From NCBI GenBank assembly GCA_965204755.1, contig OZ242011.1, positions 3,456,001 to 3,520,000 of the forward strand: a DNA stretch of 64,000 bases. Reading direction: 5' to 3'. This stretch comes from Candidatus Marinacidobacterium sp. (lineage in GTDB: Bacteria > Acidobacteriota > Vicinamibacteria > Marinacidobacterales > Marinacidobacteraceae). The position numbers were made by a program, and so were the translations under genes. Positions 53,656 to 64,000 of the stretch are shown here, piece by piece. Every line of letters starts with the position of its first letter. Position 1 is the stretch's first letter. The notes below the pieces were generated by a model. The model saw only the letters and a list, made by a program, of their open reading frames with translations, searched no databases and was not told the DNA's origin.

Positions 53656-53895
53656 GTGTCCGCGGGGTGGCGCCGCCACGAGACCGAGCGCGGCCTCCGC
53701 GGGTTCCTCGCCCGCCGCGCGCGCTCCGCGCTCGCGCTGCGGGACGCGGCGCGGTTCACCGTCCTCTACCTGACCCGCGCCCGCGCCGTCCGCCGGCGCT
53801 ACGCGGAGGCCGAGCGCCGGGGGGAGCGGATCGTCCTCGACCGGGGCCCGTTCGCCGGCGAAACCGGCGGACGGGACGAAGTGGGCTGGCCCTGA
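53656..53895 (+). CDS. Small hypothetical protein
   Basis: Fills the gap between co-oriented genes, host-like codons. Confidence 0.4.
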   Translation: MSAGWRRHETERGLRGFLARRARSALALRDAARFTVLYLTRARAVRRRYAEAERRGERIVLDRGPFAGETGGRDEVGWP

Positions 53896-53905
53896 CGGCG
53901 CCGGC

Positions 53906-54874
53906 ATGAAGTTCCGCGACCCGCCGGAGGCGGCCTACGCCTTCGGCTACCGGGAGCGCCCGGTGTCCGGGAACACGGTGAACGGCCTCGGCGAGACCGG
54001 GAAACGCCGGGCCGCGCAGGTCTTCCACAACGCCGACCCGGAGCGGCCGATCGCCTGGCAGGGGCTCGACGACTTCTTCATGTGCCTCAACCCCTGGCAG
54101 GTCGTCCGCCACCGGCTGATCAACAAGTTCCAGTTGCGCGGGGAGCGCGGCCCGGCCGCCCGGCGCGTCCGCGACGAGGGGCCGGAGGAGAACGCCCGGC
54201 GCGTGAAGGAGGCGGCGCGCGCCGCCGGCGCCACCCTGGTCGGGGTCGCCGAAGTGCTCGACACCGACCTCTTCGAAGGCCGGGAGCCGCCGCACCGGAC
54301 GGCGGTCTGCCTCGGGCTCCCGATGCGCCGGGAGGACATGGCGCACGCCGCCCGCCCGCGCGGCGCCGCCGAAGTCATGCGCGCCTACCGCCGGGTGGCG
54401 GTTACCGCCATGCGCGTCGGCGCCTTCATCCGCCGGCAGGGGTTCCCGGCGAAGGCCTACGGCGACCCGAACGCCACGGACATCCTCCACATCCCGCTCG
54501 CCGTCCGCGCCGGGCTCGGCCAACTGGGCAAGCACGGCTCGATGATCAGCCGCGAACACGGCTCCAACTTCCGGCTGGCGGCGGTGCTCACCGACATGCC
54601 GCTCGCCGCGGACGAGCCGCGGGACATCGGCGTGGACGATGTCTGCCTCCACTGCCGGCGGTGCGTCATGGACTGCCCCCCGGACGCGATCCACGAGGAG
54701 AAGCAGATGGTGCGGGGCGAACGGCGCTGGTATGTGGACTTCGACCGCTGCGTCCCGTACTTCACCAAGACCTTCGGCTGCGCGATCTGCATCGAGGTCT
54801 GCCCCTTCTCCGAGCCGGGCCGCGGCGAACTCATCAGCGACCGCGCCCTCGAACTCCGTAAGCGGCGGGGCTGA
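53906..54874 (+). CDS. Reductive dehalogenase/QueG-like 2x[4Fe-4S] protein
   Basis: AGLGQLGKHG, G..FRLAAVLTDMPL, CxxCxxCxxxCP, CAICIEVCPF. Confidence 0.75.
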   Translation: MKFRDPPEAAYAFGYRERPVSGNTVNGLGETGKRRAAQVFHNADPERPIAWQGLDDFFMCLNPWQVVRHRLINKFQLRGERGPAARRVRDEGPEENARRVKEAARAAGATLVGVAEVLDTDLFEGREPPHRTAVCLGLPMRREDMAHAARPRGAAEVMRAYRRVAVTAMRVGAFIRRQGFPAKAYGDPNATDILHIPLAVRAGLGQLGKHGSMISREHGSNFRLAAVLTDMPLAADEPRDIGVDDVCLHCRRCVMDCPPDAIHEEKQMVRGERRWYVDFDRCVPYFTKTFGCAICIEVCPFSEPGRGELISDRALELRKRRG

Positions 54875-54940
54875 CGAGCCGGGCGGGGGCCGGATCCCCG
54901 GGCGGTGAAGATTCCGCGCTCCCGGCGCGTATAGGTAGTC

Positions 54941-55582
54941 GTGGACGACACGCGCGCCGGCCGCCCGCCCCGGGCGCGGCGGCGTCCGCCCGACCCGGCG
55001 GAGCAGGAGTGGATCCGCCGCTGCCGCAACGGCAGCCGCGCCGCCTACGAGCCGCTCGTCCGACGCTACGCGGCCTGGGCCGAGGCCTTCGCCTTCCGGC
55101 GCGTCGGCGACCGGGAGGACGCCCGCGACCTGGCGCAGGACGCCTTCGTCCGCGCCTTCCACGCCATGCCCCGATTCCGCCCCGGCTCGCCCTTCCTGCC
55201 CTGGTTCCTCACCATCCTCGACCGCCTCTGCTCGAGCCACCTGCGGAGCGCGCGGCGCCACGCCGCCCTCCACGAAATCCCCGAACCGGCCACCGACGGC
55301 CGGATGGAGTCCCTCGACCGCCGGCTCGACCTGGAGCGCGGTCTCGCCGGCCTGCCGGAGGGGCAGCGCCGCGTCGTCGTCCTGAAGCACCTCGAAGGGC
55401 TCGCCCACCGCGAAGTGGCCGAGCGGCTCTCTATCCCGGCGGGCACCGCGATGTCCCGGCTCCATACCGCGATGCGCCGGCTGCGCCGCCTCCTCGCCGG
55501 CGCCCCCGCGCCGCCGCCCCGGCCCCGAACGGAACCGGCCCCGGCGCCCTCCCGGCGACGAAACGGAGGAACGAGCGCATGA
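54941..55582 (+). CDS. ECF sigma factor
   Basis: AYEPLVRRY, DLAQDAFVRAF, FLPWF, EVAERLSIPAGTAMSRLH. Confidence 0.85.
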   Translation: MDDTRAGRPPRARRRPPDPAEQEWIRRCRNGSRAAYEPLVRRYAAWAEAFAFRRVGDREDARDLAQDAFVRAFHAMPRFRPGSPFLPWFLTILDRLCSSHLRSARRHAALHEIPEPATDGRMESLDRRLDLERGLAGLPEGQRRVVVLKHLEGLAHREVAERLSIPAGTAMSRLHTAMRRLRRLLAGAPAPPPRPRTEPAPAPSRRRNGGTSA

Positions 55583-55947
55583 CGCAGCGCGACGAACCCG
55601 CTCCTTCGGGCCGCATTCCCGGCGACGCCCCCGGCGTCCCTCCCGAAGGCCGCGCTCCCCGCCCGGGGGACGCGGACGACGCCGCGCTCGACCGCTTCTG
55701 GCTCGGCGTGTATTCCCGGCTGGAGCGCGGCGTCGCCTGGACGCTGGTCTCCGCTTCCGCCGCGCTGCTGCTCGGCTACGGGGCCTACGCCTTCGCCGCC
55801 GACTTCCTCGCCGACGCCGGGGTCCCGGTCGTCGTCCGCCTCGGGACGGCCGGGCTCGCGCTCGGCCTCCTCCTGCTGCTGCTGGGCCTCGTCCGCGAAC
55901 GGATCCGGGCCCGCGCCGCCGATCCCTTCCGGAGGGTCCGCCGATGA
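55579..55947 (+). CDS. Two-TM membrane protein (putative anti-sigma)
   Basis: ATGA-coupled to the sigma gene; FWLGVYSRLERG, two TMs, DPFRRV. Confidence 0.6.
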   Translation: MTQRDEPAPSGRIPGDAPGVPPEGRAPRPGDADDAALDRFWLGVYSRLERGVAWTLVSASAALLLGYGAYAFAADFLADAGVPVVVRLGTAGLALGLLLLLLGLVRERIRARAADPFRRVRR

Positions 55948-56267
55948 TTCTTTCCACCACCGACGCCGTCCCCGGCCGCGAAGTCGCCGAAGTCCTCGGC
56001 ATCGCCCGCGGCAACACGATCCGCAGCCGCCACCTCGGCCGGGACATCATGGCCGGCCTCAAGGGGATCGTCGGCGGCGAGATCGAGTCCTACACGAAAC
56101 TCATGGCCGAGAGCCGCGAACAGGCCATCGCCCGGATGATCGAGCACGCCTCCGCCCTCGGCGCCGACGCCGTCGTCGGGATGCGGGTCAGCACCTCCAT
56201 GCTGATGACCACCGCGTCCGAGATCCTGGCCTACGGCACGGCGGTGAAACTGCTCACCGCCCGGTGA
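55944..56267 (+). CDS. YbjQ/UPF0145 family protein
   Basis: TTDAVPG, RDIMAGLKGIVGGE, GADAVVG, YGTAV. Confidence 0.88.
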   Translation: MILSTTDAVPGREVAEVLGIARGNTIRSRHLGRDIMAGLKGIVGGEIESYTKLMAESREQAIARMIEHASALGADAVVGMRVSTSMLMTTASEILAYGTAVKLLTAR

Positions 56268-56764
56268 GCGGAGCGGCGCCGCCCCCGGTGGAGGAGGACC
56301 GGGGCCGGTTCTTCGAGGACTTCCGGGTCGGCCAGCGCATCCGCCACCCCCTCGGGCGCACGATCCACCCGGCGGACAACTCCTGGTTCTCGCTGCTCAC
56401 GCAGAACCAGAACCCGGTCCACATAGACCGCCACCACGCGGAGCGGACGCCGTTCGGCCGGCCGCTGGTGAACTCCTGCCTCACGCTGGCGCTCGCCACC
56501 GGGCAGTCGGTCCACGACCTCACCCGGCAGGTGGTGGCCAACCTCGGCTGGGAGCGCGTGCGCCTCCCGGCCCCCCTCTTCGAGGGCGACACCCTCTACT
56601 CGGAGAGCGAAGTGCTCGCGGCGCGGCCCTCGAAGTCCCGCCCGGAGGCCGGCGTGGTGACCGTCCGCACCACCGGGCGGAACCAGGACGGCGCCGCGGT
56701 GATCGAGTTCGAGCGGACCTTCCTCGTCTGGAAGCGCGAGGCCGCGCCCGCCGCCCGGGCCTGA
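56264..56764 (+). CDS. MaoC-family dehydratase
   Basis: FFEDFRVG, NQNPVHID, PLFEGDTL, NQDG. Confidence 0.85.
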   Translation: MSGAAPPPVEEDRGRFFEDFRVGQRIRHPLGRTIHPADNSWFSLLTQNQNPVHIDRHHAERTPFGRPLVNSCLTLALATGQSVHDLTRQVVANLGWERVRLPAPLFEGDTLYSESEVLAARPSKSRPEAGVVTVRTTGRNQDGAAVIEFERTFLVWKREAAPAARA

Positions 56765-56782
56765 GACCCGGACGAACCCGGC

Positions 56783-58465
56783 TCAGCCGGAGAGTCCCCG
56801 GAGGCGGGCGACGATCGCCCGGCTCTCCGGGGGCGGCGGCCCGGTCCGGCGGCTCACCGCCCAGGTAACCGCGAGGTTCAGCAGCATCCCCAGCGAGCCG
56901 ATCCCCTCCGGGCTGATCCCGAACCACCAGGACTCCGGCCCGCTCCACTCGAACACCTTGAACCACCCGATGTAGGCGGCGGTGAACCCGGTCCCGGCGA
57001 TCATCCCGGCGACCGCGCCCCGCGCCGTAACCCAGGTGGTGAACACCCCGAGCACCAGCGCCGGGAAGAAACTGGCGGCGGCCAGCCCGAAGGCGAACGC
57101 CACCACCGCCGCCACATAGTCCGGCGGGTAGATCCCGGCCACGATGGCGACGGTCACCGCGCCGGCGGCGGAGAGCCGGGCGGCGGCGAGTTCCCGCCGC
57201 TCGCTCATCCCCGGCCGCCAGAACCGCTTCAGCAGGTCGTGCGAGACGGAAGCGGAGATCACCAGCAGCAGCCCGGCGGCGGTGGAGAGCGCCGCCGCGA
57301 GGCCGCCGGCCGCGGTGAGCCCCACCACCCAGGCCGGGAGCCGGGCGATCTCCGGGTTGGCGAGCACGATGATGTCCCGGTCGATGACCAACTCCGCGCC
57401 GGGGCCTTCGGAGTACTGGATGAGGCCGTCGCCGTTCCGGTCGGTGAACGAGATCAGCCCGGTGGTTTCCCAGTTGCGGAACCAGTCCGGGGCCTCGGCG
57501 ATCGGCGTCCCGTGGAGCGTCTGGATCAGGTTCACCCGCGCGAAGGCGGCGACCGCCGGCGCCGCGGTGTAGAGGACGGCGATGAACAGCAGCGCCCACA
57601 TCACGCTCCACCGGGCCAGCCGGGCGCTCCCCACCGTGTAGAACCGGATGAGCACATGCGGCAGCCCGGCGGTGCCGACCATCAGCGCGAAGGTGATGGC
57701 GAACACATCCACCATCGTCTTCTTGCCGGGAAGGAACGCGCCGGTGTATTCCGGCAGCCCCAGGTCCGCGTGGATGAGGTCTATGGCCCGCAGCAGCGCC
57801 ACCCCGGCGTGTTCGCCTTCGACCAGCGTCGAGCCGAACCCGATCTGCGGGACGACCTGCCCGGTCATCAGGTAGGAGATCGCGCCGGCCGGGATCAGGA
57901 AGGCCACGATGAGCACGCAGTACTGGGCCACCTGGGTGTAGGTGATGCCGCGCATCCCGCCGAGCGTGGCGTAGAGCAGGACGATGACCCCGCCGATGAC
58001 CACGCCCCACTCCACCGGGATGGTGAAGAACCGGGAGAAGACGACGCCCACGCCGCGCATCTGTCCGGCCACATAGGTGAAGGAGATGAAGACCGCGCAG
58101 ACCACCGCGGTGAGCCGCGCGGCGTGCGAGGCGTACCGGTCGCCGACGAACTCCGGGATCGTGTAGCGGCCGTACCGGCGCAGGTAGGGCGCGACCAGCA
58201 GCGCGAGCAGGACATAACCGCCGGTCCAGCCCATGAGGTAGATCGCGCCGTCGTACCCCATGAACGAGATCAGGCCGGCCATGGAGAGGAACGAAGCGGC
58301 GCTCATCCAGTCGGCGCCGGTCGCCATCCCGTTCGCCACCGCGGAGACCCCCCGGCCGGCGACATAGAACCCGGAAGTCGTCCGCACCCGGCTCGCCACC
58401 GCGATCGCGGTGTAGAGCGCGAACGAACCCGCGACGAAGACGAAGGTCCAGGCGCCGATGCTCAC
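56783..58465 (-). CDS. Sodium:solute symporter (ActP-like)
   Basis: FYVAG, ADWMSAASF, GGMRGIT, GTAGLPHVL. Confidence 0.9.
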   Translation of the reverse strand: MSIGAWTFVFVAGSFALYTAIAVASRVRTTSGFYVAGRGVSAVANGMATGADWMSAASFLSMAGLISFMGYDGAIYLMGWTGGYVLLALLVAPYLRRYGRYTIPEFVGDRYASHAARLTAVVCAVFISFTYVAGQMRGVGVVFSRFFTIPVEWGVVIGGVIVLLYATLGGMRGITYTQVAQYCVLIVAFLIPAGAISYLMTGQVVPQIGFGSTLVEGEHAGVALLRAIDLIHADLGLPEYTGAFLPGKKTMVDVFAITFALMVGTAGLPHVLIRFYTVGSARLARWSVMWALLFIAVLYTAAPAVAAFARVNLIQTLHGTPIAEAPDWFRNWETTGLISFTDRNGDGLIQYSEGPGAELVIDRDIIVLANPEIARLPAWVVGLTAAGGLAAALSTAAGLLLVISASVSHDLLKRFWRPGMSERRELAAARLSAAGAVTVAIVAGIYPPDYVAAVVAFAFGLAAASFFPALVLGVFTTWVTARGAVAGMIAGTGFTAAYIGWFKVFEWSGPESWWFGISPEGIGSLGMLLNLAVTWAVSRRTGPPPPESRAIVARLRGLSG

Positions 58466-58836
58466 GAGGCGTCAGCGTCCCCGGAGCCGCTCCCGCCCGC
58501 GTCGGGGTCGCGGCGGGGCTCGTCCGGTTCCCGCTCGATCCGGTCCATGGCGACCGCGTTCACGACCAGCAGCAGCAGGAAGACCAGGATCGCCCCCTGC
58601 TGGGCGAACCAGAAGCCGAGCGGGAACCCGAAGAACCGGATTTCGTTCAGCGGCGCGGCGAACAGCACGCCGAGCCCCAGCGAAGCGGCGAACCACACGG
58701 CGAGCAGCGCGGCGATGAGCCGCAGGCCCCGCCGCCAGGCGCGGCGCCCTCCCGCGTCCGCGGGCTCACCGGCCGGCGGGCGGTCTTCGGCGGTCGGGTC
58801 CGCTCCGCCGGAGGGGCGAGAGGGTGATGAGGACAA
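58462..58836 (-). CDS. Small DUF4212/DUF485-type symporter accessory membrane protein (start uncertain)
   Basis: [17 protein letters not shown]; overlaps the symporter start. Confidence 0.7.
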   Translation of the reverse strand: MSSSPSRPSGGADPTAEDRPPAGEPADAGGRRAWRRGLRLIAALLAVWFAASLGLGVLFAAPLNEIRFFGFPLGFWFAQQGAILVFLLLLVVNAVAMDRIEREPDEPRRDPDAGGSGSGDADAS

Positions 58837-58929
58837 GGAAAACAGCCGGGGAGAGGGCGGCGCGGTTGCGCCCGACGCGGCTAAGGCTATATGTTCGCTC
58901 GGCCCGTTTTCGCAGAGGAGGAGCGACCG

Positions 58930-59810
58930 TTGATCCCACCGTCTTTCGAGTACGCCTCGCCCGGGAGCCTCGCCGAGGCGAGCCGGCTCCTCGCGGCCAA
59001 CCCGGCAGCGAAACTGCTCGCCGGCGGGCACAGCCTGATCCCGATGATGCGGTTCCGGCTGGCGGAGCCGCCTCTTCTCATCGACCTCCGCCGGGTGCCC
59101 GGCCTCTCCGGCGTCAGTGCAAACGGCGGGGAAAACGGCGGGGAAATCCGCATCGGCGCCATGACCCGGCAGTCCGAGGTCGAAACCTCGGAACTCCTGC
59201 TCAGGAAGTTGCCGCTGCTGGCCGATACCGCGCGGGTCATCGCCGACCCGATCGTGCGGAACCTGGCGACCATCGGCGGGAACATCGCCCACGCCGACCC
59301 CGGCAACGACCACCCGGCGGCCATGCTGGCCTGCCGCGCCTCGTTCGTCGTCTCCGGCCCGGAAGGCGAGCGGACCGTCGCCGCCGACGACTTCTTCACC
59401 GGGCCGTTCTCGACCGCGCTCGGCCCCGGCGAGATCCTCGTCGAGATCCGCGTCCCGGCGCCGAAGCCCGGCGCCGGCGGCGCGTACCGGAAGTTCGAAC
59501 GCAAGGTCGGCGACTACGCGGTGGCGGCGGTCGCCGCGCAGTTGCGCCTCGCCGACGGCCGGATCGAAGAGGCCGGCGTGGCGCTCACCAATGTCGGGCT
59601 GACCGCGATCCGCGCGGCGGCCGCCGAGTCGGCGCTCGTCGGGAGCGACGGCGGCGAAGAGGCGCGCGACGCCGCGGCGGCCGCGGCGGCGGAAGCGGCC
59701 GAGCCCATCGAAGACCACCGGGGCTCCGCGGACTACAAGCGCGCGGTGGTGAAGACGCTCGCCTGGCGGGCGCTGGAACTGGCCCTCGACCGGGCGAAGG
59801 AGACTTCCGC

Positions 59811-59814
<4 letters not shown>
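58930..59814 (+). CDS. coxM: CO dehydrogenase medium (FAD) subunit
   Basis: [26 protein letters not shown]; TTG start after GAGGAGGAG. Confidence 0.9.
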
Positions 59815-60285
<471 letters not shown>

Positions 60286-60293
<8 letters not shown>

Positions 60294-62631
60294 GTGCCGG
60301 GGACTCGGACACTCCGTCCTCCGCAAGGAAGACGCCCGCTTCCTGCGCGGCAAGGGCAACTACATCGACGACATCGTCCTGCCGGGGATGCTCTACCTCG
60401 ACATCGCCCGCAGCCCCTACGCCCACGCCAGGATCACCGAGATCCGCGAAGGGACGGCGACCGCCGTTCCCGGCGTGGCGGCGGTCATCACCGGGAAGAC
60501 CCTCGAGCAGTACAAGTTGGAGTGGATGCCCACGCTGATGGGCGACCGGCAGATGGTGCTGCCGGTGGACACCGTCAAGTACCAGGCGCAGGAAGTGGCC
60601 GCGATCGTGGCGACTTCCCGCTACGCCGCCGCCGACGGCGTCGCCGCGCTCGAAGTGGACTACGACCCGCTGCCGGTGGTGGTGGACCCGCACGAAGCCC
60701 TGAAACCGGGCGCCACCAAGGTCCGCGACGACAAGGAAAGCAACCACATCTGGCACTGGGAGCACGGCGACCGGGAAAAGACCGAAGCCGCGCTCCGGGA
60801 CTCCGAGGTGGTCGTCGAGCAGAAGATGCACATCCCGCGCATCCATGTGGCCTCCATCGAGACCTGCGGCTGCGTCGCCAGTTGGGATCCGGTCGAAGGC
60901 CATCTCACCCTCTACCTCACCACCCAGGCCCCGCACGCGATCCGCACCGTGGTCGCCCTGGTAACGGCCCACCTCGGGCTCGCCGAACACAAGATCCGGG
61001 TGATCTCCCCGGACATCGGCGGCGGCTTCGGCGGCAAGGTGCCGGTGTATCCGGGCTATGTCATCGCCACCGCCGCTTCGGTGGTCACCGGCAAGCCGGT
61101 GAAGTGGATCGAGGACCGTTCGGAGAACCTGCAGGCGGACTCCTTCGCCCGCGACTACCACATCACCGCCCGGCTGGGTTCGAAGAACGGGAAACTCACC
61201 GCGCTGCAACTGGGCACGGTCGCCGACCACGGCTACTCCGACGCCGCGGCGAACCCTTCCAAGTTCCCGGCGGGCCTGTTCCACATCTGCACCGGCTCCT
61301 ACGACCTGCCCGACGCCCATGTGGAAGTGGACGGCGCGTACACGAACAAGCCGCCGGGCGGCATCGCCTACCGCTGCTCGTTCCGGGTAACGGAAGCGGT
61401 GCACGCCATCGAGCGGATGGTGGACCTCATGGCCCGCGAGTTGGGCGAGGATCCCGCCGACTTCCGGCTCCGCAACTTCGTGAAGCCGGCGCAGTTCCCC
61501 TACCGCTCGGCGCTCGGCTGGGAGTACGACAGCGGGAACTACGAGGCGGCGCTCACCAAGGCCATGGAGATGATCGGCTACGCCGACCTCCGCCGGGAGC
61601 AGCGGGAAAAGCGCGCCCGCGGCGAACTCATGGGACTCGGCATCTCCTCGTTCACCGAGATCGTGGGCGCCGGCCCCTCGAAGGACTTCGACATCCTCGG
61701 CATCAAGATGTTCGACTCCAGCGAGATCCGCATCCACCCGACCGGCAAGGCGATCGCGCGCTTCGGCACGAAGTCGCAGGGGCAGGGGCACGAGACCACC
61801 TACGCCCAGATCATCGCGGAGGAACTCGGCATCCCGCCGGAGGACATCGCGGTCGAGGAAGGCGACACCGACACCGCGCCCTACGGCCTCGGCACCTACG
61901 CGAGCCGCTCCACGCCCACGGCCGGCGCGGCGGCCTCCATCGCCTCGCGCAAGATCCGCGAGAAGGCGAAGAAGATCGCCGCCCACCTGCTCGAAGCCGA
62001 CGAGGCGGACCTCGAATGGGAGCGGGGGAAGTTCTTCGTGAAGGGCTCCCCCGACCGGGCGAAGACGATCCAGGACATCGCCTTCGCGGCCTACACGAAC
62101 CATCCGCCGGGTATGGAAGCCGGGCTCGAGGCGATCTCGTACTACGACCCGCCGAACCTGACCTTCCCCTTCGGGTCCTACATCTGCGCGGTGGACATCG
62201 ACCGCGGCACCGGGCAGGTGAAGATCCGCCGGTTCGTCGCGGTGGACGACTGCGGCGTCCGGATCAACCCGATGATCGTGGACGGGCAGATCCACGGCGG
62301 CCTGACCATGGGCATGGCGCCGGCGCTGCTCGAAGAGATCTCCTACGACGAAGACGGGAACATCCACGGCGGCAACTTCGTGGAGTACCTGCTCCCGACC
62401 GCGATGGAGACGCCGCACTGGGAACTCGGCGAGACGGTGACCCCTTCGCCGCACCATCCCATCGGCGCCAAGGGCATCGGCGAGTCGGCGACTGTCGGCG
62501 CGCCGGCGGCCATCGTGAACGCGGTGGTGGACGCGCTGTGGCACCTCGGCGTGCGTCACCTGGAGATCCCGATCACCCCGTCGCGGGTGTGGAATGTCCT
62601 GAACGACGCCGGCGCCGCGACGCACCGGTGA
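60286..62631 (+). CDS. coxL: Form I aerobic CO dehydrogenase large subunit
   Basis: AYRCSFR active-site motif, GGGFGGK, QGQGHET, KGIGES; coxMSL order. Confidence 0.95.
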
Positions 62632-62721
62632 GCGGCCGGTGGAGAGAGCGTTCCGCCGGCCGCGTTCGGGCTGACGCCGGCCGCTGACTCCGGGGCGCCG
62701 CCTCTGTCCGGCCGGGCCCCG

Positions 62722-63723
62722 ATGGATGTCTTCGCCGAAGCCGCGCGGCTGCGCCGGCTCGGCAGCCGGTTCGCGCTGGCCACGGTGGTGCGCGCCGAGC
62801 GCCCGACCTCGGCCCGTCCGGGGGCCAAGGCCATCGTCCACCCCGACGGGCGCGTCGCCGGCTTCGTCGGCGGGAGTTGCGTCCGCCCGGCGGTCCGGCG
62901 CGAAGGCCTCCGGGCGATCGCCGACGGGACGCCCCGGCTCCTGCGGATCGCCCCGGCGGCGGAGGGAAACCCGGGGCCCGCGCCGGAAGGCGTGCTCGAC
63001 GAGCCGATGGCCTGCGTGAGCGGCGGCGCCCTCGACATCCACATCGAGCCCCACCTGCCGCCGCCGCGCCTGCTGGTGGCGGGCGAGTCGCCGGTCGCCG
63101 CCGCGCTGGAAACGCTCGGCGCCGGCTTGGGCATGGAGGTGCGCTCCGCCACCGGCGGGACGGCGGACGGAGGCGGGGACGAAGCGGGGCTCGCGGAGTC
63201 CTGCCGCGGCGCGTTCGTCGTGGTCGCCGGACACGGCGAGGGCGAGTGGGAGGTCCTCGAGGCGGCGCTCTCCGGCGGCCGGGCGCGCTATGTGGGCCTC
63301 GTCGCCAGCCCCCGGCGCGCGGCGGCGGTGCGTCGGCGGCTCGCCGACCGGGGCGTCGCGGAAGAGGACCTGGCGCGGCTCGTCTCCCCGGCGGGGCTCG
63401 ACCTCGGCGCCCGGGAGCCGGCGGAGATCGCCCTCAGCATCCTCGCCCAAGTCGTCGAGCGGCGCCGCCGACCGGCGGAGGCCGGCGCCGAGGACGGGCG
63501 CGACGAGGCGGAGCCGGCCCCGACCGCGGCGGAGGCCGGCGCCCCGGTCGGAATCGCCCCGGTCGGCATCACAACGGCCGCGCCGGAAGCCCCGCTGCCG
63601 GTGGATCCCGTCTGCGGCATGAGCGTGTCCCCGGACACCCCGCACCGGCGCGAGCGCGACGGCGAGATGTTCTTCTTCTGTTGCGCCGGCTGCGCCGAAA
63701 CCTTCGCCGCTGCGGCCGGCTGA
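62722..63723 (+). CDS. XdhC/CoxF-CoxI-like accessory protein with C-terminal YHS/TRASH domain
   Basis: GFVGGSC, CVSGG, YVGLVAS, PAGLDLGA, DPVCGM..FCC..C. Confidence 0.82.
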   Translation: MDVFAEAARLRRLGSRFALATVVRAERPTSARPGAKAIVHPDGRVAGFVGGSCVRPAVRREGLRAIADGTPRLLRIAPAAEGNPGPAPEGVLDEPMACVSGGALDIHIEPHLPPPRLLVAGESPVAAALETLGAGLGMEVRSATGGTADGGGDEAGLAESCRGAFVVVAGHGEGEWEVLEAALSGGRARYVGLVASPRRAAAVRRRLADRGVAEEDLARLVSPAGLDLGAREPAEIALSILAQVVERRRRPAEAGAEDGRDEAEPAPTAAEAGAPVGIAPVGITTAAPEAPLPVDPVCGMSVSPDTPHRRERDGEMFFFCCAGCAETFAAAAG

Positions 63724-63839
63724 GGCTTCCCGACTTCGACCTCCGCGGCGCGGGCTGGGCCGGCGCGCCGGGTCTCGCGGCGGAGACTCCCTCTCCCGCG
63801 CGCGGCGGCGTCCCCATCCGCCTCTCCGCGCGCGGGTTC

Positions 63840-63887
63840 GCGGGAGTTAACCTTCCCGTGGGGAAACTCCACGCCCGGGCTTTTTTT
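63840..63887 (+). terminator. Possible terminator or structured RNA
   Basis: CGTGGG-GAAA-CTCCACG-type hairpin, GCCCGGGC palindrome, then T7. Confidence 0.35.
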
Positions 63888-64000
63888 CTGATGCTGGTCG
63901 CCGGTGGAGATCCGAGCCCGCTCGCTCCGGACGGGTGTGCGGCGATCATCGAAAGACGGCGCCTCCTTCCCATGCTGTCCGCGCGCGGCCGGTTTCGCGG

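Overview
GC-rich (about 70-75% by eye) bacterial chromosomal window. LptE, LolA and a secretin indicate a diderm; gene content and order resemble Acidobacteriota, which is an inference. Most of it is housekeeping: rpmF-fabDG-acpP-fabF, mutY-leuS-lptE-holA, mgtE, recO-glyQS-mutL, rpsP-rimM-trmD-rplS, an envelope cluster (TPR/NHL, PEGA/PDZ, FHA, ldcA, mpl), secretin-lolA-tRNA-Ala, a minus-strand aromatic operon (trpE-trpG-aroF-aroB-aroA-aroKDE fusion-aroC) divergent from tyrA, dnaK-dnaJ-hspR plus a DnaC-like ATPase, a reductive-dehalogenase-like Fe-S protein, an ECF sigma module, an ActP-like transporter and form I CO dehydrogenase (coxMSL). The most unusual signals are: (1) a mostly helically phased array of 14 exact GAATTGTGTATAG motifs (DnaA-box-like core) between aroB and aroA; (2) window-wide near-absence of ACGT and AGCT, replaced by their C>T products, while AGCT is concentrated in that array; (3) aro gene/domain order identical to the fungal AROM protein; (4) a relay of four ATGA-coupled 6-codon mini-ORFs; (5) a decayed dnaK duplicate bracketing a foreign-looking gene; (6) a solo SLATT-like gene with a Pro-rich partner, and an orphan DNA methyltransferase.
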